50,201 bases of DNA from Longimicrobium sp. (GTDB lineage: Bacteria > Gemmatimonadota > Gemmatimonadetes > Longimicrobiales > Longimicrobiaceae): the NCBI RefSeq assembly GCF_036387355.1, contig NZ_DASVTX010000080.1, positions 1-50,201 on the forward strand. Direction: 5' to 3'. A program made the position numbers and the translations under genes. The notes under the pieces were generated by a model, which saw nothing but the letters and a program-made list of their open reading frames with translations, was not told the origin of the DNA and did no database searches. The number at the start of each line of letters is the position of its first letter. The stretch's first letter is position 1. Shown piece by piece: positions 1 through 9,140 of this stretch.

Positions 1-324
1 CCAGCGGGCTTCGGACAGCGCACGCGCGCGCAGGGCGGGGTCGGACGTGCCGCGGCCCACGTCCACCCACGCAAGCCCGTAGAGCGCCAGAGTGAACACG
101 CGCCCTTCGGGAAACAGTTCCTGCATGCGGTTGGCACGCCCTTCCAGATCCGGCCGCAGGTGCGTAAGCTGCGCCAGCGCCACGCGGGTGCCCTCCGCCG
201 CGGACGGGTCGGGCGCCAGCAGCACGCGCATGATCGCGAGCAGCGCCAGTAGCGCGGCGCAGGCCCATCCCACCACGCGTGCCGTGCGCCAGCGCCGGCA
301 GGGCGCCGCGCGGCGGACGTTCAT
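1..324 (-). CDS. Hypothetical membrane-anchored protein, 5' part (runs off the window)
   Basis: Manual translation from ATG at 324: MNVRRAAPCRRWRTARVVGWACAALLALLAIMRVLL...MQELFPEGRVFTLALYGLAWVDVG. The frame is open to the window edge and has an N-terminal hydrophobic helix. Confidence 0.65.
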   Translation of the reverse strand, partial: MNVRRAAPCRRWRTARVVGWACAALLALLAIMRVLLAPDPSAAEGTRVALAQLTHLRPDLEGRANRMQELFPEGRVFTLALYGLAWVDVGRGTSDPALRARALSEARW

Positions 325-370
325 CAACTCAGGCACAGCGGCTTCGGCAGATGGGGGATGCGGCCCGGCT

Positions 371-733
371 TCAGATCCACTGGTACTCGGTCACGGTGCG
401 CGCGTCCACTACGTCGCCGGTGTGCCGGGTGGATGCGGGCTCGAACAGCAGCACGTGCACCTCCTCGTCGGCCACGGGGCGGTGCTCCACGCCGCGCGGA
501 ACGACGAGGATCTCTCCCTCGCGCACCTCCACGGTGCGGTCGCGGAACTCCATGCGGAACGACCCGCGCAGCACCATGAACAGCTCGCCTTCGTCTGCGT
601 GGTCGTGCCATATGAACTCGCCCCGGAACTTGGCGAGCTTCACGTGCTGCCCGTTCAGCTCCGCGATCACCCGCGGGTTCCAGTGGTCGTCAAAGCGCGA
701 CAGCTTCTCGCGCAGGCTGATCGGTTCCGGCAT
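371..733 (-). CDS. Cupin domain protein
   Basis: Cupin motifs GEFIWHDHADEGELF and VVPRGVEHRP; 120 aa. Confidence 0.9.
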   Translation of the reverse strand: MPEPISLREKLSRFDDHWNPRVIAELNGQHVKLAKFRGEFIWHDHADEGELFMVLRGSFRMEFRDRTVEVREGEILVVPRGVEHRPVADEEVHVLLFEPASTRHTGDVVDARTVTEYQWI

Positions 734-754
734 CGAGTCCTCTGGAGGGCGAGA

Positions 755-1078
755 TTACGCGACCCGGGCCGTCCGCCCGGAGCGTGTACCGTCCGTGTGG
801 GCGAAGGTGTGCGCGCGCGTGAGCAGCAGTTCCGACAGGCGCTCGCAGGCCTCGTCCGCGGTCTGATACACCTCATCCGCCCCCTCACCGTAATCGTCCT
901 TGAAGGGCGCGGAAACGCCGAAGCCTACGCCCGGTCTCCATTCTATGACCACATGATGCCCTTCGAGTGTGCTGTCCAGCCACCAACTACCCGTGTCAGA
1001 GACGGGATTTTCGAGCGTAGTGCTGGCGGACGGAAATCGGGCTCTGATCCGGGCACAGAGCTGCTCCATGACGTTCAT
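755..1078 (-). CDS. Hypothetical protein, candidate antitoxin/immunity partner
   Basis: ATG at 1078 preceded by GGAG. Globular-looking sequence (GSWWLD...VVIEWRPGVGFGVS...DYGEGADEVY); lies just downstream of 1143-1505. Confidence 0.6.
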   Translation of the reverse strand: MNVMEQLCARIRARFPSASTTLENPVSDTGSWWLDSTLEGHHVVIEWRPGVGFGVSAPFKDDYGEGADEVYQTADEACERLSELLLTRAHTFAHTDGTRSGRTARVA

Positions 1079-1142
1079 CACCCACTCCGATTCTGGTTTC
1101 CGAGGCGAGCTGCTACATCCGCAGTGATGCACCAATCGCACC

Positions 1143-1505
1143 TCATGCACCCTGTTCCCAGACGTGAACTCCGTCTGCGCCTGCCTTGCGAAATTCCACT
1201 GTCCCGTCCTTCGCGGTCACTTCGATCGAGCCGTTGCGGCCCATGAACGTATAATGCCCGCGGCTTCTCAGCTTGACGACGCGGCCGTCACGCGATTCCG
1301 AGACAATCCTGTCACGTTGCGGTGGATACAGCCGGCCATCCGTAAGAAAGTCGGCCGGGGAGTACGGCACGTCCGTTAACTCGTCTTCCATCCGGTTCAT
1401 GATGCTGGCGTACTGCTGAAACATCTCCTCGAACGAACCAGCAGCCGGAGCGGCAGCCAATCTTCGGTAGGACTCCTGCAGGCGCTCACGCTTGGGCACC
1501 CCCAT
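1143..1505 (-). CDS. Hypothetical protein, candidate toxin
   Basis: ATG at 1505 with RBS GGGAGGG and an upstream sigma70 promoter; 120 aa with DGRLYPPQ and RSRGHYTF motifs. Confidence 0.65.
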   Translation of the reverse strand: MGVPKRERLQESYRRLAAAPAAGSFEEMFQQYASIMNRMEDELTDVPYSPADFLTDGRLYPPQRDRIVSESRDGRVVKLRSRGHYTFMGRNGSIEVTAKDGTVEFRKAGADGVHVWEQGA

Positions 1506-1539
1506 CGGCCGTACCCTCCCTGTTTCGGGTCTGCACCGA

Positions 1540-1579
1540 AAGCTAGGGAAGACCTGGGCTGGTGTCAACACTGTACAGT
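1540..1579 (-). promoter_or_regulatory. sigma70 promoter plus palindromic operator for the 1505/1078 gene pair
   Basis: TTGACA (1568-1563), 17-bp spacer, TAGCTT (1545-1540). Perfect palindrome ACTGTACAGT at 1570-1579 next to the -35. Confidence 0.7.
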
Positions 1580-1855
1580 TTACGCCACCGGCCGGACGCA
1601 CTTGTGCAAACACGCGTGTGTGGCTACCATCATCCCCATGCAGACCACTGCCCGCGCCCCGATGATGTGTTGTTGCATGTGCTTCCGCGAGACGGGAGGG
1701 CAGGCGACAGCGTTCACGTGCGCGAACCGGGGTCTGGAGTGACCCCGTCCGCCGGGTAGACACCCCGGCGACCGCGACAGCAACCGACGCCGCTGCTCCC
1801 CTTCCGGAGCGGCGGCGTTTCTGCGTTTCACCCCAGGGATCAGGACAAGCGAGCG

Positions 1856-2845
1856 ATGCCCGCACGACTGGAACGACCGATCGCCATCTTCTATGAGCAC
1901 CCCGAGTGGTTCAAGCCGCTGTTCGCGGAGCTGGACCGCCGCGGCACGCCGTACGTAAAGCTGAACGCCGCCGAGCACACCTTTGACCCGGCCGAGGAGC
2001 CGGCGTACTCGCTGGTCTTCAACCGCATGAGCCCCTCCGCGTACCTGCGCGGCCGCGGCGACGCCATCTTCTACACGCAGTCGTGGCTGGCGCACCTGGA
2101 GCGCCGCGGCGTGCGCGTGGTGAACGGAGCGCAGGCCTTCGCCAATGAGATCAGCAAGGCCGGGCAGCTGGCCCTGCTGGAAAGCCTGGGGCTGCCGTAC
2201 CCGCGCGCCCGCGTCATCCACCGTGCGGAGCAGGCGCCCGCCGCGGCCGAGGGGCTGCGTTTTCCCGTGGCGGTGAAGCCCAACATCGGCGGGAGCGGCG
2301 CGGGCGTGCGGCGCTTCGACACGCCCGAGGCGCTGGCCGAGGCCGTGGACGGGCTGGACCTGGGGATCGACAGCACCGCGCTGGTGCAGGAGTTCATCAT
2401 CCAGGAAGAAAGCCGCATTACCCGCGTGGAGGTGCTGGGCGGCGCCTACCTGTACGGCATCCGCATCTACACGCCGGGCACCTCGTTTGACCTGTGCCCC
2501 GCGGACGTCTGCCAGCGGGTGGACGGCGCCGAGCTGGACGCGCAGATCTGCGCCGTAGACGCGCCCAAGCGCGGGCTGCGGGTGGAGGGATACGAGCCGC
2601 CGCGCCCCGTCATTGAGGCGGTGGAGCGCATCATGGCGGAAAGCGGCATTGAGGTGGGCGGCATCGAGTACATGGTGGACGCGCGCGACGGGCAGCTGTA
2701 CTACTACGACATCAACGCGCTCTCCAACTTCGTGGCCGATGCGCCGAACGTGATCGGTTTCGATCCGTTCGCGCGGCTGGCGGACTGGCTGGAGCGCGAG
2801 GCCGCCGCGGCCGAAGAGGCCCGCGCGCGAAAGGAGGCGGCCTGA
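1856..2845 (+). CDS. ATP-grasp (RimK-like) ligase family protein
   Basis: FPVAVKPNIGGSGAGV, LVQEFI and YYYDINALSNF ATP-grasp motifs; also FDLCPADVC. Confidence 0.85.
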   Translation: MPARLERPIAIFYEHPEWFKPLFAELDRRGTPYVKLNAAEHTFDPAEEPAYSLVFNRMSPSAYLRGRGDAIFYTQSWLAHLERRGVRVVNGAQAFANEISKAGQLALLESLGLPYPRARVIHRAEQAPAAAEGLRFPVAVKPNIGGSGAGVRRFDTPEALAEAVDGLDLGIDSTALVQEFIIQEESRITRVEVLGGAYLYGIRIYTPGTSFDLCPADVCQRVDGAELDAQICAVDAPKRGLRVEGYEPPRPVIEAVERIMAESGIEVGGIEYMVDARDGQLYYYDINALSNFVADAPNVIGFDPFARLADWLEREAAAAEEARARKEAA

Positions 2846-3915
2846 TGCGCTACGGGTACTGGCTCCCCGTGTTCGGCGGGTGGCTGCGCAACGTGGACGA
2901 CGAGCGCATGGAGGCGAGCTGGCAGTACGTCCGCCGCCTGGCGCAGCGCAGCGAACAGATCGGCTTTGACCTCACGCTGGTGGCCGAGCTGAACCTGAAC
3001 GACATCAAGGGGATGGACGCGCCCTCGCTGGACGCGTGGAGCACGGCCGCGGCGCTGGCGGCGGTAACGGAGCGGCTGGAGATCATGGTGGCCGTGCGCC
3101 CCACCTTTCACCTGCCCAGCCTGCTGGCCAAGCAGGCCGCCAACATCGACCGCATCAGCGGCGGGCGGCTGTCGCTGAACGTGGTGTCGAGCTGGTGGGC
3201 CACGGAGGCGCGGCAGTACGGAGTGCAGTTCGACCAGCACGACGACCGCTACGCGCGCACCTCGGAGTGGCTGGACGTGGTGACGGGGATGTGGTCGCAG
3301 CCGCGCTTCAGCTACACGGGCAGGTACTACTCGGTGGATGACGCCATCCTGGAGCCCAAGCCGGTGCGCAATCCGCGCCCCACGCTGTACGCCGGCGGCG
3401 AGAGCCCGGCCGCCAAGTCGCTGATCGCGCAGAAGTGTGACGCGTGGCTCACCCACGGCGATCCGCCGGAAACCATCGCCGCCAAGGTGGCGGACCTGCG
3501 CGGCCGGCGCGAGGCGCTGGGGCTGCCGCCCATGAGCTACGGCGCGGCGGGGTACGTGGTGGTGCGCGACACGGAAGACGAAGCCCGGCGCGAGGTTGCG
3601 CGCATTACCGACGTGCAGCAGAGCGCGCGCGGCTACGCCAACTACCAGGACTGGATCGGCAACACGCAACTGGAGCAGCGGGTGAGCCTGGAGGACTACT
3701 CCGTGAGCAACCGCGGCCTCAAGAGCGGGCTGGTGGGAACGCCGGAGCAGGTGGCGGAGCGGCTGGTCGCCTTTCAGGACGCCGGGCTGGACCTGATGCT
3801 GCTGCAGTTCAGCCCGCAGGCGGAGGAGATGGAGCGCTTTGCGGAGCAGGTGATGCCGCTGGTGAACCAGGCGCGCCCGCGGGAGGACGCGGGCGAACTG
3901 TCCGCCGCAGCCTAA
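2845..3915 (+). CDS. LLM-class flavin-dependent monooxygenase (SsuD/SfnG-like)
   Basis: DAWSTAAALAAVTERLEIMVAVRP, IDRISGGRLSLNVVS and LVGTPEQVAERL motifs; TGATG overlap with the upstream gene. Confidence 0.9.
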   Translation: MRYGYWLPVFGGWLRNVDDERMEASWQYVRRLAQRSEQIGFDLTLVAELNLNDIKGMDAPSLDAWSTAAALAAVTERLEIMVAVRPTFHLPSLLAKQAANIDRISGGRLSLNVVSSWWATEARQYGVQFDQHDDRYARTSEWLDVVTGMWSQPRFSYTGRYYSVDDAILEPKPVRNPRPTLYAGGESPAAKSLIAQKCDAWLTHGDPPETIAAKVADLRGRREALGLPPMSYGAAGYVVVRDTEDEARREVARITDVQQSARGYANYQDWIGNTQLEQRVSLEDYSVSNRGLKSGLVGTPEQVAERLVAFQDAGLDLMLLQFSPQAEEMERFAEQVMPLVNQARPREDAGELSAAA

Positions 3916-3996
3916 ACCCCGCGATCGGAGCGGCGCGGCAGGAGCACGGAGCGCGGCCCGGTGCCAGGAGGCGCCGGGCCGCTCCGCGCGATGGCG

Positions 3997-4374
3997 CTAC
4001 CACTCGCTGTTGCCGTACCCGCTGTTGCCGCCGCGGCCCGAACCGCCGCCGTACCCGCCGCGGTCGTAGCCGCCGGACCGGTTGCCGCCGCCGTAGCCGG
4101 TTTCGCCCGCGCCGGCGCGGTTGCCGTAGCCCTCGTCTGCGCTCCGCGTGCTGCCGCCCTCCGGCGCGTCCAGGCGCACCAGGTTCTGCGCCTTGAGGCC
4201 CTTGGGCTCTTCCAGGATGTCGAACTCCACCCGCTCGCCCTGCTCGAGCGTCTTGAACCCGCGGCCGGTGATGCCGCTGTGGTGGACAAATATGTCCGTT
4301 CCGTCCTCGCGGGTCACAAAGCCGAAGCCTTTTTCCTGCGAGAACCACTTTACCGTGCCGGATGCGTGTTCCAT
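3997..4374 (-). CDS. Cold-shock domain protein with Gly-rich C-terminal tail
   Basis: GTVKWFSQEKGFGFV (RNP1) and DIFVHHS (RNP2); tail with GYGGG/RGG repeats. Start trimmed to ATG 4374. Confidence 0.93.
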   Translation of the reverse strand: MEHASGTVKWFSQEKGFGFVTREDGTDIFVHHSGITGRGFKTLEQGERVEFDILEEPKGLKAQNLVRLDAPEGGSTRSADEGYGNRAGAGETGYGGGNRSGGYDRGGYGGGSGRGGNSGYGNSEW

Positions 4375-4688
4375 GTGGGACCAGTGTGGCTGGAGTAGCG
4401 GTGGACCGTTTGAGCGGGGTGCGGTTTCGCACGGATCATTCCGGATTTGGTGGCACCCCGGCACGGGAAGCGCCTGAACTTGTTCAAAGCCCCGTGTTTC
4501 AACGGGATGGAGAACTGTAACAGCTTGACGGGGCAGTACAGCACGCCACGCGGATCGGCCTGCAAGGTGCGCACAGGGTTGGTGCACGGCTCGTTCATCC
4601 CGCGCCGGACGGCTCCGCGGGGCCTTCGCGGGGTAGGGAAGCGCTCCGGCACGAGCCCGGACGCGGATTCATCGTTCACGCAGGCACC

Positions 4689-5846
4689 ATGGCCCACGCG
4701 ATCCTGTTCTGGCTGGCGGCGGTTACCGCCATCTTCTTTGTCGGCGTCTTTGTGGAGATGGGAATCGGCGGGTCGCGCCTGCGCCGCCTGCACCAGATTC
4801 CGCCACTTCCCGAGGCAGAAACGCCTTCCATCTCCATCATTGTCGCCGCGCGCAACGAGGAGCGCGCCATCGAGCATGCGCTGGGTTCGCTCCTGCGGCA
4901 GCGCGGCGCCGAAATGGAGGTGATCGTGGTGGACGACCGGTCCGAGGACGCCACCGGGGCCATTCTGGACCGCATGGCCGCCGCGGACTCCCGGCTGCGG
5001 GTGGTGCACGTCACCGACCTGCCCGCGGGATGGCTGGGAAAGAACCACGCGCTGTGGATGGGCGCGCAGTCCGCCCGGGGCGAGCTGCTGCTGTTTACCG
5101 ACGCGGACATCGTCATGGCGCCGGACGCGGTGGCGCGCGCGGCGGGGTACCTGGTGCGCGAGGGGCTGGACCACCTGACCGTGGCCCCGCACGTGAACAT
5201 GCCCGGGCGCATGCTGACCGCGTTCGGCGTCGTATTTACCATCTTCTTCAGCCTGTACACGCGTCCCTGGCGCGTGCGCGACCCCCGCAGCAGGCAGCAC
5301 GTGGGGATCGGCGCCTTCAACCTGGTGCGTGCGGACAGCTACCGCCGAATGGGGACGCACCGTGCCATCGCCATGCGGCCTGACGACGACGTGAAGCTGG
5401 GCAAGCTGGTGAAGAAGAACGGGATGCTGCAGGACTTCGTGCTGGGCCCGGAGCTGATTGAAGTCGAGTGGTACAGCAGCATTCCCGAAGCCATCCGCGG
5501 GCTGCGCAAGAACGGATTCGCCGGCGTGGACTACCGCGTGAGCCTGGTGATGCTGGCCACGGCGGTGCACCTGGTCTTCTTCATGTGGCCGTTCGCCGCG
5601 GTGTTCCTGACGCGCGGGTGGACGCAGGTGCTGTACGGCGTGTCGCTGCTGCTCATCCTGGGGCTGTACGCCGGCTCCGCACGGGCGCAGAAGGCCACGT
5701 GGTGGCACGGGGTGGCGTTTCCCATCGCGTCCGCGCTGTTCATCATCGTGATCTGGAACGCCACCTTTTACGCGCTGATCAACCGCGGCATCGAGTGGCG
5801 GGGCACCCATTACCCGCTGGACGAACTGCGCGCCAACCGGATCTGA
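4689..5846 (+). CDS. Glycosyltransferase family 2, membrane-bound
   Basis: IIVAARNEE, VVDDRSED, GWLGKNHA and LLFTDAD motifs; N- and C-terminal transmembrane segments. Confidence 0.9.
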   Translation: MAHAILFWLAAVTAIFFVGVFVEMGIGGSRLRRLHQIPPLPEAETPSISIIVAARNEERAIEHALGSLLRQRGAEMEVIVVDDRSEDATGAILDRMAAADSRLRVVHVTDLPAGWLGKNHALWMGAQSARGELLLFTDADIVMAPDAVARAAGYLVREGLDHLTVAPHVNMPGRMLTAFGVVFTIFFSLYTRPWRVRDPRSRQHVGIGAFNLVRADSYRRMGTHRAIAMRPDDDVKLGKLVKKNGMLQDFVLGPELIEVEWYSSIPEAIRGLRKNGFAGVDYRVSLVMLATAVHLVFFMWPFAAVFLTRGWTQVLYGVSLLLILGLYAGSARAQKATWWHGVAFPIASALFIIVIWNATFYALINRGIEWRGTHYPLDELRANRI

Positions 5847-5923
5847 TCCGCCTTCCGGCCTCTGAACGGCGGTCGCGGACGGAGGCACGGAGGCGAGACG
5901 GGCGTCCGTGTGTCCGTGCCCCG

Positions 5924-7894
5924 TCAGCCCCCGTCCTGCTCGCACCAGGCCAGGACGTCGGGAAAGCGCACGTCCTCCAGCGAGGCAAAGAGCGGGTGGC
6001 GCGTCAGCTTGGCCCCGCTGAGCGCCGGGCTGGGAAGACCGCAGAGCAGCCGCGCGCGCCGGCGCGGCGTGGCGAGCGCCTGCGGATGCTCCTGCACCAG
6101 GGCGCGCAGCGTGGCCGCGTTCACCCGCGCGCCGATGTCGGGCGCGGGGGGCATGGGCGGAAAGGCGCTCGGCTTGTGGTCGGCGCACCAGGTGCAGTGC
6201 CCGCACGGCTGCGAGGGCGCCTCGCCAAAGTAGGCCAGCAGCACGTTGGTCTGGCAGCCGTCGTACGTCACCAGGCGCGCCATGTCGCCAATGCGCTCCA
6301 CCTCGGCCTGCTCGCGGCGCACGAACTGCTCGTACAGCGTCTCGGCCAGCCCGTCCGCGTCGGGCTTGGCGACCAGCTTGTGAAAGCGCAGGCGCAGGTC
6401 GGTGACCGACACCTCCGCCAGCTGCTGCTCGCCGAAGTACTCCACCGCGCGGATGATGCGGCTGCGCTGGTCCGGATCGGCGCCGTCCAGGTCCAGCGTG
6501 TACCAGCTGCGGCCGAACTTGGCGCGCTTGAAGATCCCCTCCACGAACGCCCCCCGCTCCCCCGTGAACCGCGACACGAGCTCGGGAACGGGCACGTGCG
6601 GCTTGATGCGGTACCCGGCGTAGAAGGGCGTGCCCTGTTTTACCACGCCCATCAGCTCCAGGTAGGTAAGCGCGGTCCGCAGCACGAGCTCGCGCAGGTC
6701 GTGCCGGTTGCTCAGGGTGCGGGGCGCCACGTCGAAGGTGGCGTCGGCGGCGGCCAGTTCCTTCACCAGGCCGTGCAGCGCCTCGCGGTCGGGAGTGTCG
6801 CCGTACGCAAAGTTCTCCAGCGTGGATACGTCTTCCAGGCTCCCCAGCATCTCCACGGTGCTGGGGAGGCCGTCGCGCCCGGCGCGGCCGATCTCCTGGC
6901 TGTAGCTTTCCAGCCCCTTGGGCAGGTTGTAGTGGTAGACGTAGCGCACGTCCGCCTTGTCGATCCCCATCCCGAAGGCGATGGTGGCCACCACCATCGC
7001 CTCGTCGGAGCCCTTCCACCACTCCTGCACCCGCGTGCGGTCCTCCGTTTCCATCCCCGCGTGGTAGGCCTGCGCCGGAACCCCCGCTTCCGCCAGCAGC
7101 TTGGCGACGCGCTCCGCCGTTTTCTGCAGGGTGACGTAGACGATTCCCGGCCCAGGGCGCCGCCCGGCGATGCGCTCGCGGAGCACCGCGTCGCGGCGGG
7201 TGGAGGCGGTGGGCACGGTGGACAGGAACAGGTTGGGGCGATGGAAGCCGGTGACCACCGCGCACGCCCGGTCGATGGCGAAGGTGGAGCAGATGTCCTG
7301 CACCACGGCGGGCGTGGCGGTGGCCGTGAGCGCCAGGACGCGCTCCACCCCAACCGTGCGCGCGGTCTCCGCCAGCTTCAGGTAGTCGGGGCGAAAGTTG
7401 TGGCCCCACTGCGAGATGCAGTGCGCCTCGTCCACCGCGAACAGCGAGATGCGCGCGCGGCCCAGCTGGTCCAGAAAGCGCTCGTTGTTGAAGCGCTCCG
7501 GCGCCACGTACAGGATCTTGAGCGTCCCCGACCGCAGCCCCCGCTCCACCGCGCCCGCCTCCTCGCGGGTGAGCGAACTGTCCAGCCGCGCGGCCTCGAT
7601 GCCCCGGCCGCGCAGGTAGTCGATCTGGTCCTTCATGAGCGCGATCAGCGGCGACACCACGACGGTGACGCCCTCCAGCAGGAGCGCGGGAAGCTGGTAG
7701 CAGAGCGACTTTCCGCCCCCGGTGGGAAAAACGGCCAGGGCGCCGCCGCTTTCCAGAAGGCAGTCGATCACCTCGCGCTGCCCGGGGCGAAAGCCGGGCA
7801 GGCCAAAGCGTTCGCGCAGCAGGTCTTCGGGCGTGGCGGCGGCGTGGGACACGGGCGGTTCCGGGAGTTCAGTGGAAAGCGGCATGGCGACCAC
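5924..7894 (-). CDS. recQ: RecQ family ATP-dependent DNA helicase
   Basis: PTGGGKSLCYQLP, VDEAHCISQWGHNFRPDY, ATIAFGMGIDK, YSQEIGRAGRDG and Zn motif C...CGHCTWC. Exact start uncertain. Confidence 0.95.
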   Translation of the reverse strand: MVAMPLSTELPEPPVSHAAATPEDLLRERFGLPGFRPGQREVIDCLLESGGALAVFPTGGGKSLCYQLPALLLEGVTVVVSPLIALMKDQIDYLRGRGIEAARLDSSLTREEAGAVERGLRSGTLKILYVAPERFNNERFLDQLGRARISLFAVDEAHCISQWGHNFRPDYLKLAETARTVGVERVLALTATATPAVVQDICSTFAIDRACAVVTGFHRPNLFLSTVPTASTRRDAVLRERIAGRRPGPGIVYVTLQKTAERVAKLLAEAGVPAQAYHAGMETEDRTRVQEWWKGSDEAMVVATIAFGMGIDKADVRYVYHYNLPKGLESYSQEIGRAGRDGLPSTVEMLGSLEDVSTLENFAYGDTPDREALHGLVKELAAADATFDVAPRTLSNRHDLRELVLRTALTYLELMGVVKQGTPFYAGYRIKPHVPVPELVSRFTGERGAFVEGIFKRAKFGRSWYTLDLDGADPDQRSRIIRAVEYFGEQQLAEVSVTDLRLRFHKLVAKPDADGLAETLYEQFVRREQAEVERIGDMARLVTYDGCQTNVLLAYFGEAPSQPCGHCTWCADHKPSAFPPMPPAPDIGARVNAATLRALVQEHPQALATPRRRARLLCGLPSPALSGAKLTRHPLFASLEDVRFPDVLAWCEQDGG

Positions 7895-8216
7895 CCGAAG
7901 CTAGTGGAGCGCGGCCGGCCGGTCGACCGGGCGCGGAGCGGGAACGCGTCCACGAAGAAAGTGGACGTGATACACAGGGTCAAGGGGTGTCGGGAAACGG
8001 GTCCGAGACGTGGCGCAGAAGTGGTGAAACGCGCATCGCTGGCGTAAAAAGCGCATCGACCCGGAAGCCGACACAGGCGGGATCGCGGCCCGGGACCCAG
8101 CGCGGGAACCCGCCCCGGAGGGATGGCGGCTATGTGGTTGTCGGCACGCAAGATGCGAGAGACCGGCGCCCCAAAGGCCCGCGGAACAGGCGGGCAGCGG
8201 AAACGGATTCTGAGGG

Positions 8217-8405
8217 ATGGATTCCATGAACGCGAAGCGCACTCTCGCAGCCGCCGCCGTCATCATCGCCGCCTCCGCGGGCGCGGCGTGCTCCGGAAGC
8301 TCGCCCACGATGGCCGGGGCGGGCGAGCTGGACCAGCCGGAGATCACCATGCCCGGCGGCGCCACTCCCACGGACACCACGGGCTTCATTCCCGCACAGC
8401 CCTGA
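8217..8405 (+). CDS. Small exported lipopeptide/lipoprotein-like protein
   Basis: Basic N-terminus, hydrophobic stretch and lipobox-like AAC followed by SGSSPT; 59-62 aa. Confidence 0.6.
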   Translation: MDSMNAKRTLAAAAVIIAASAGAACSGSSPTMAGAGELDQPEITMPGGATPTDTTGFIPAQP

Positions 8406-8543
8406 TGCGCTGAACCCGGCCGCCGCGGAGCGGCGCCACCAAACGCGAACGAGGGTCACGAGGAGCCGTATCCGGCCCCTCGTGACCCTCGCTGCTTTTC
8501 CGTGCGGCCGCTCCCGGCCTGGTGGACGGGAGCGGCTTGTGGA

Positions 8544-8768
8544 TCAGCAGTATTCCGGATAGTAGGTGGGGCAGGCAGCCGGGCTGTACGTCTCGCCGCA
8601 GTCGGCCGTGCACAGGCCGGTATGGCAGGCATCGTACGCCGACCCGCAGCGCTGTCCGTTCACGGTGGGCGGCACGTGGCCCATCACGGTGCCGCGCCCG
8701 CTCTGCGCGGCATCCGTTTCAAAGCTGTCGACCGTCAGGTTTTCCAGGTTCAGCTTGATCTTCTTCAT
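8544..8768 (-). CDS. Cys-rich RiPP precursor-like peptide (pinensin/lanthipeptide-type leader)
   Basis: 74 aa: MKKIKLNLENLTVDSFET...RGTVMGH leader, then a core with 6 Cys and 7 Ser/Thr. RBS AAGGAGAGGG upstream of ATG 8768. Confidence 0.8.
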   Translation of the reverse strand: MKKIKLNLENLTVDSFETDAAQSGRGTVMGHVPPTVNGQRCGSAYDACHTGLCTADCGETYSPAACPTYYPEYC

Positions 8769-9140
8769 CTCGCGATCCCTCTCCTTGAATGTGGGGGAGC
8801 ACTCCGCCGCGGTGCGCTCCCTCGGCCACCGTGAACACGCGTAATTGCGACGTGATCCGGTTGGCCTGCGTGGCGTACCCTTGTGCAGACGCTGTGCCAT
8901 CTACTGGCGGAATATGAATTTGCCTGTTTAGGTGACCATCCACGATGCGCACGCCGCGACGGCGCAAAAGGTCCGCGTGACGAAGAGGATGGCCGCGTAG
9001 CGCGGGTGTCCGGTTCGGGATTCGGCGAACTTCGGCGGCGGGATCAGTTGTCGCGAGCTGGAAGGTTGATCCACGACGAAGAGCGGCTTCCGGAGGAGGT
9101 CCGGAAGCCGCTCGTCGCGTCCGCTGGAAAGACGCTCGTC

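Noticed and set aside
4350-8047. Very long ORFs 4350-7409 (-, 1019 aa) and 5468-8047 (+, 859 aa)
   Set aside because: Off-frame or antisense shadows of GT2 and recQ in high-GC DNA; Arg/Ala/Gly-rich with no motifs.
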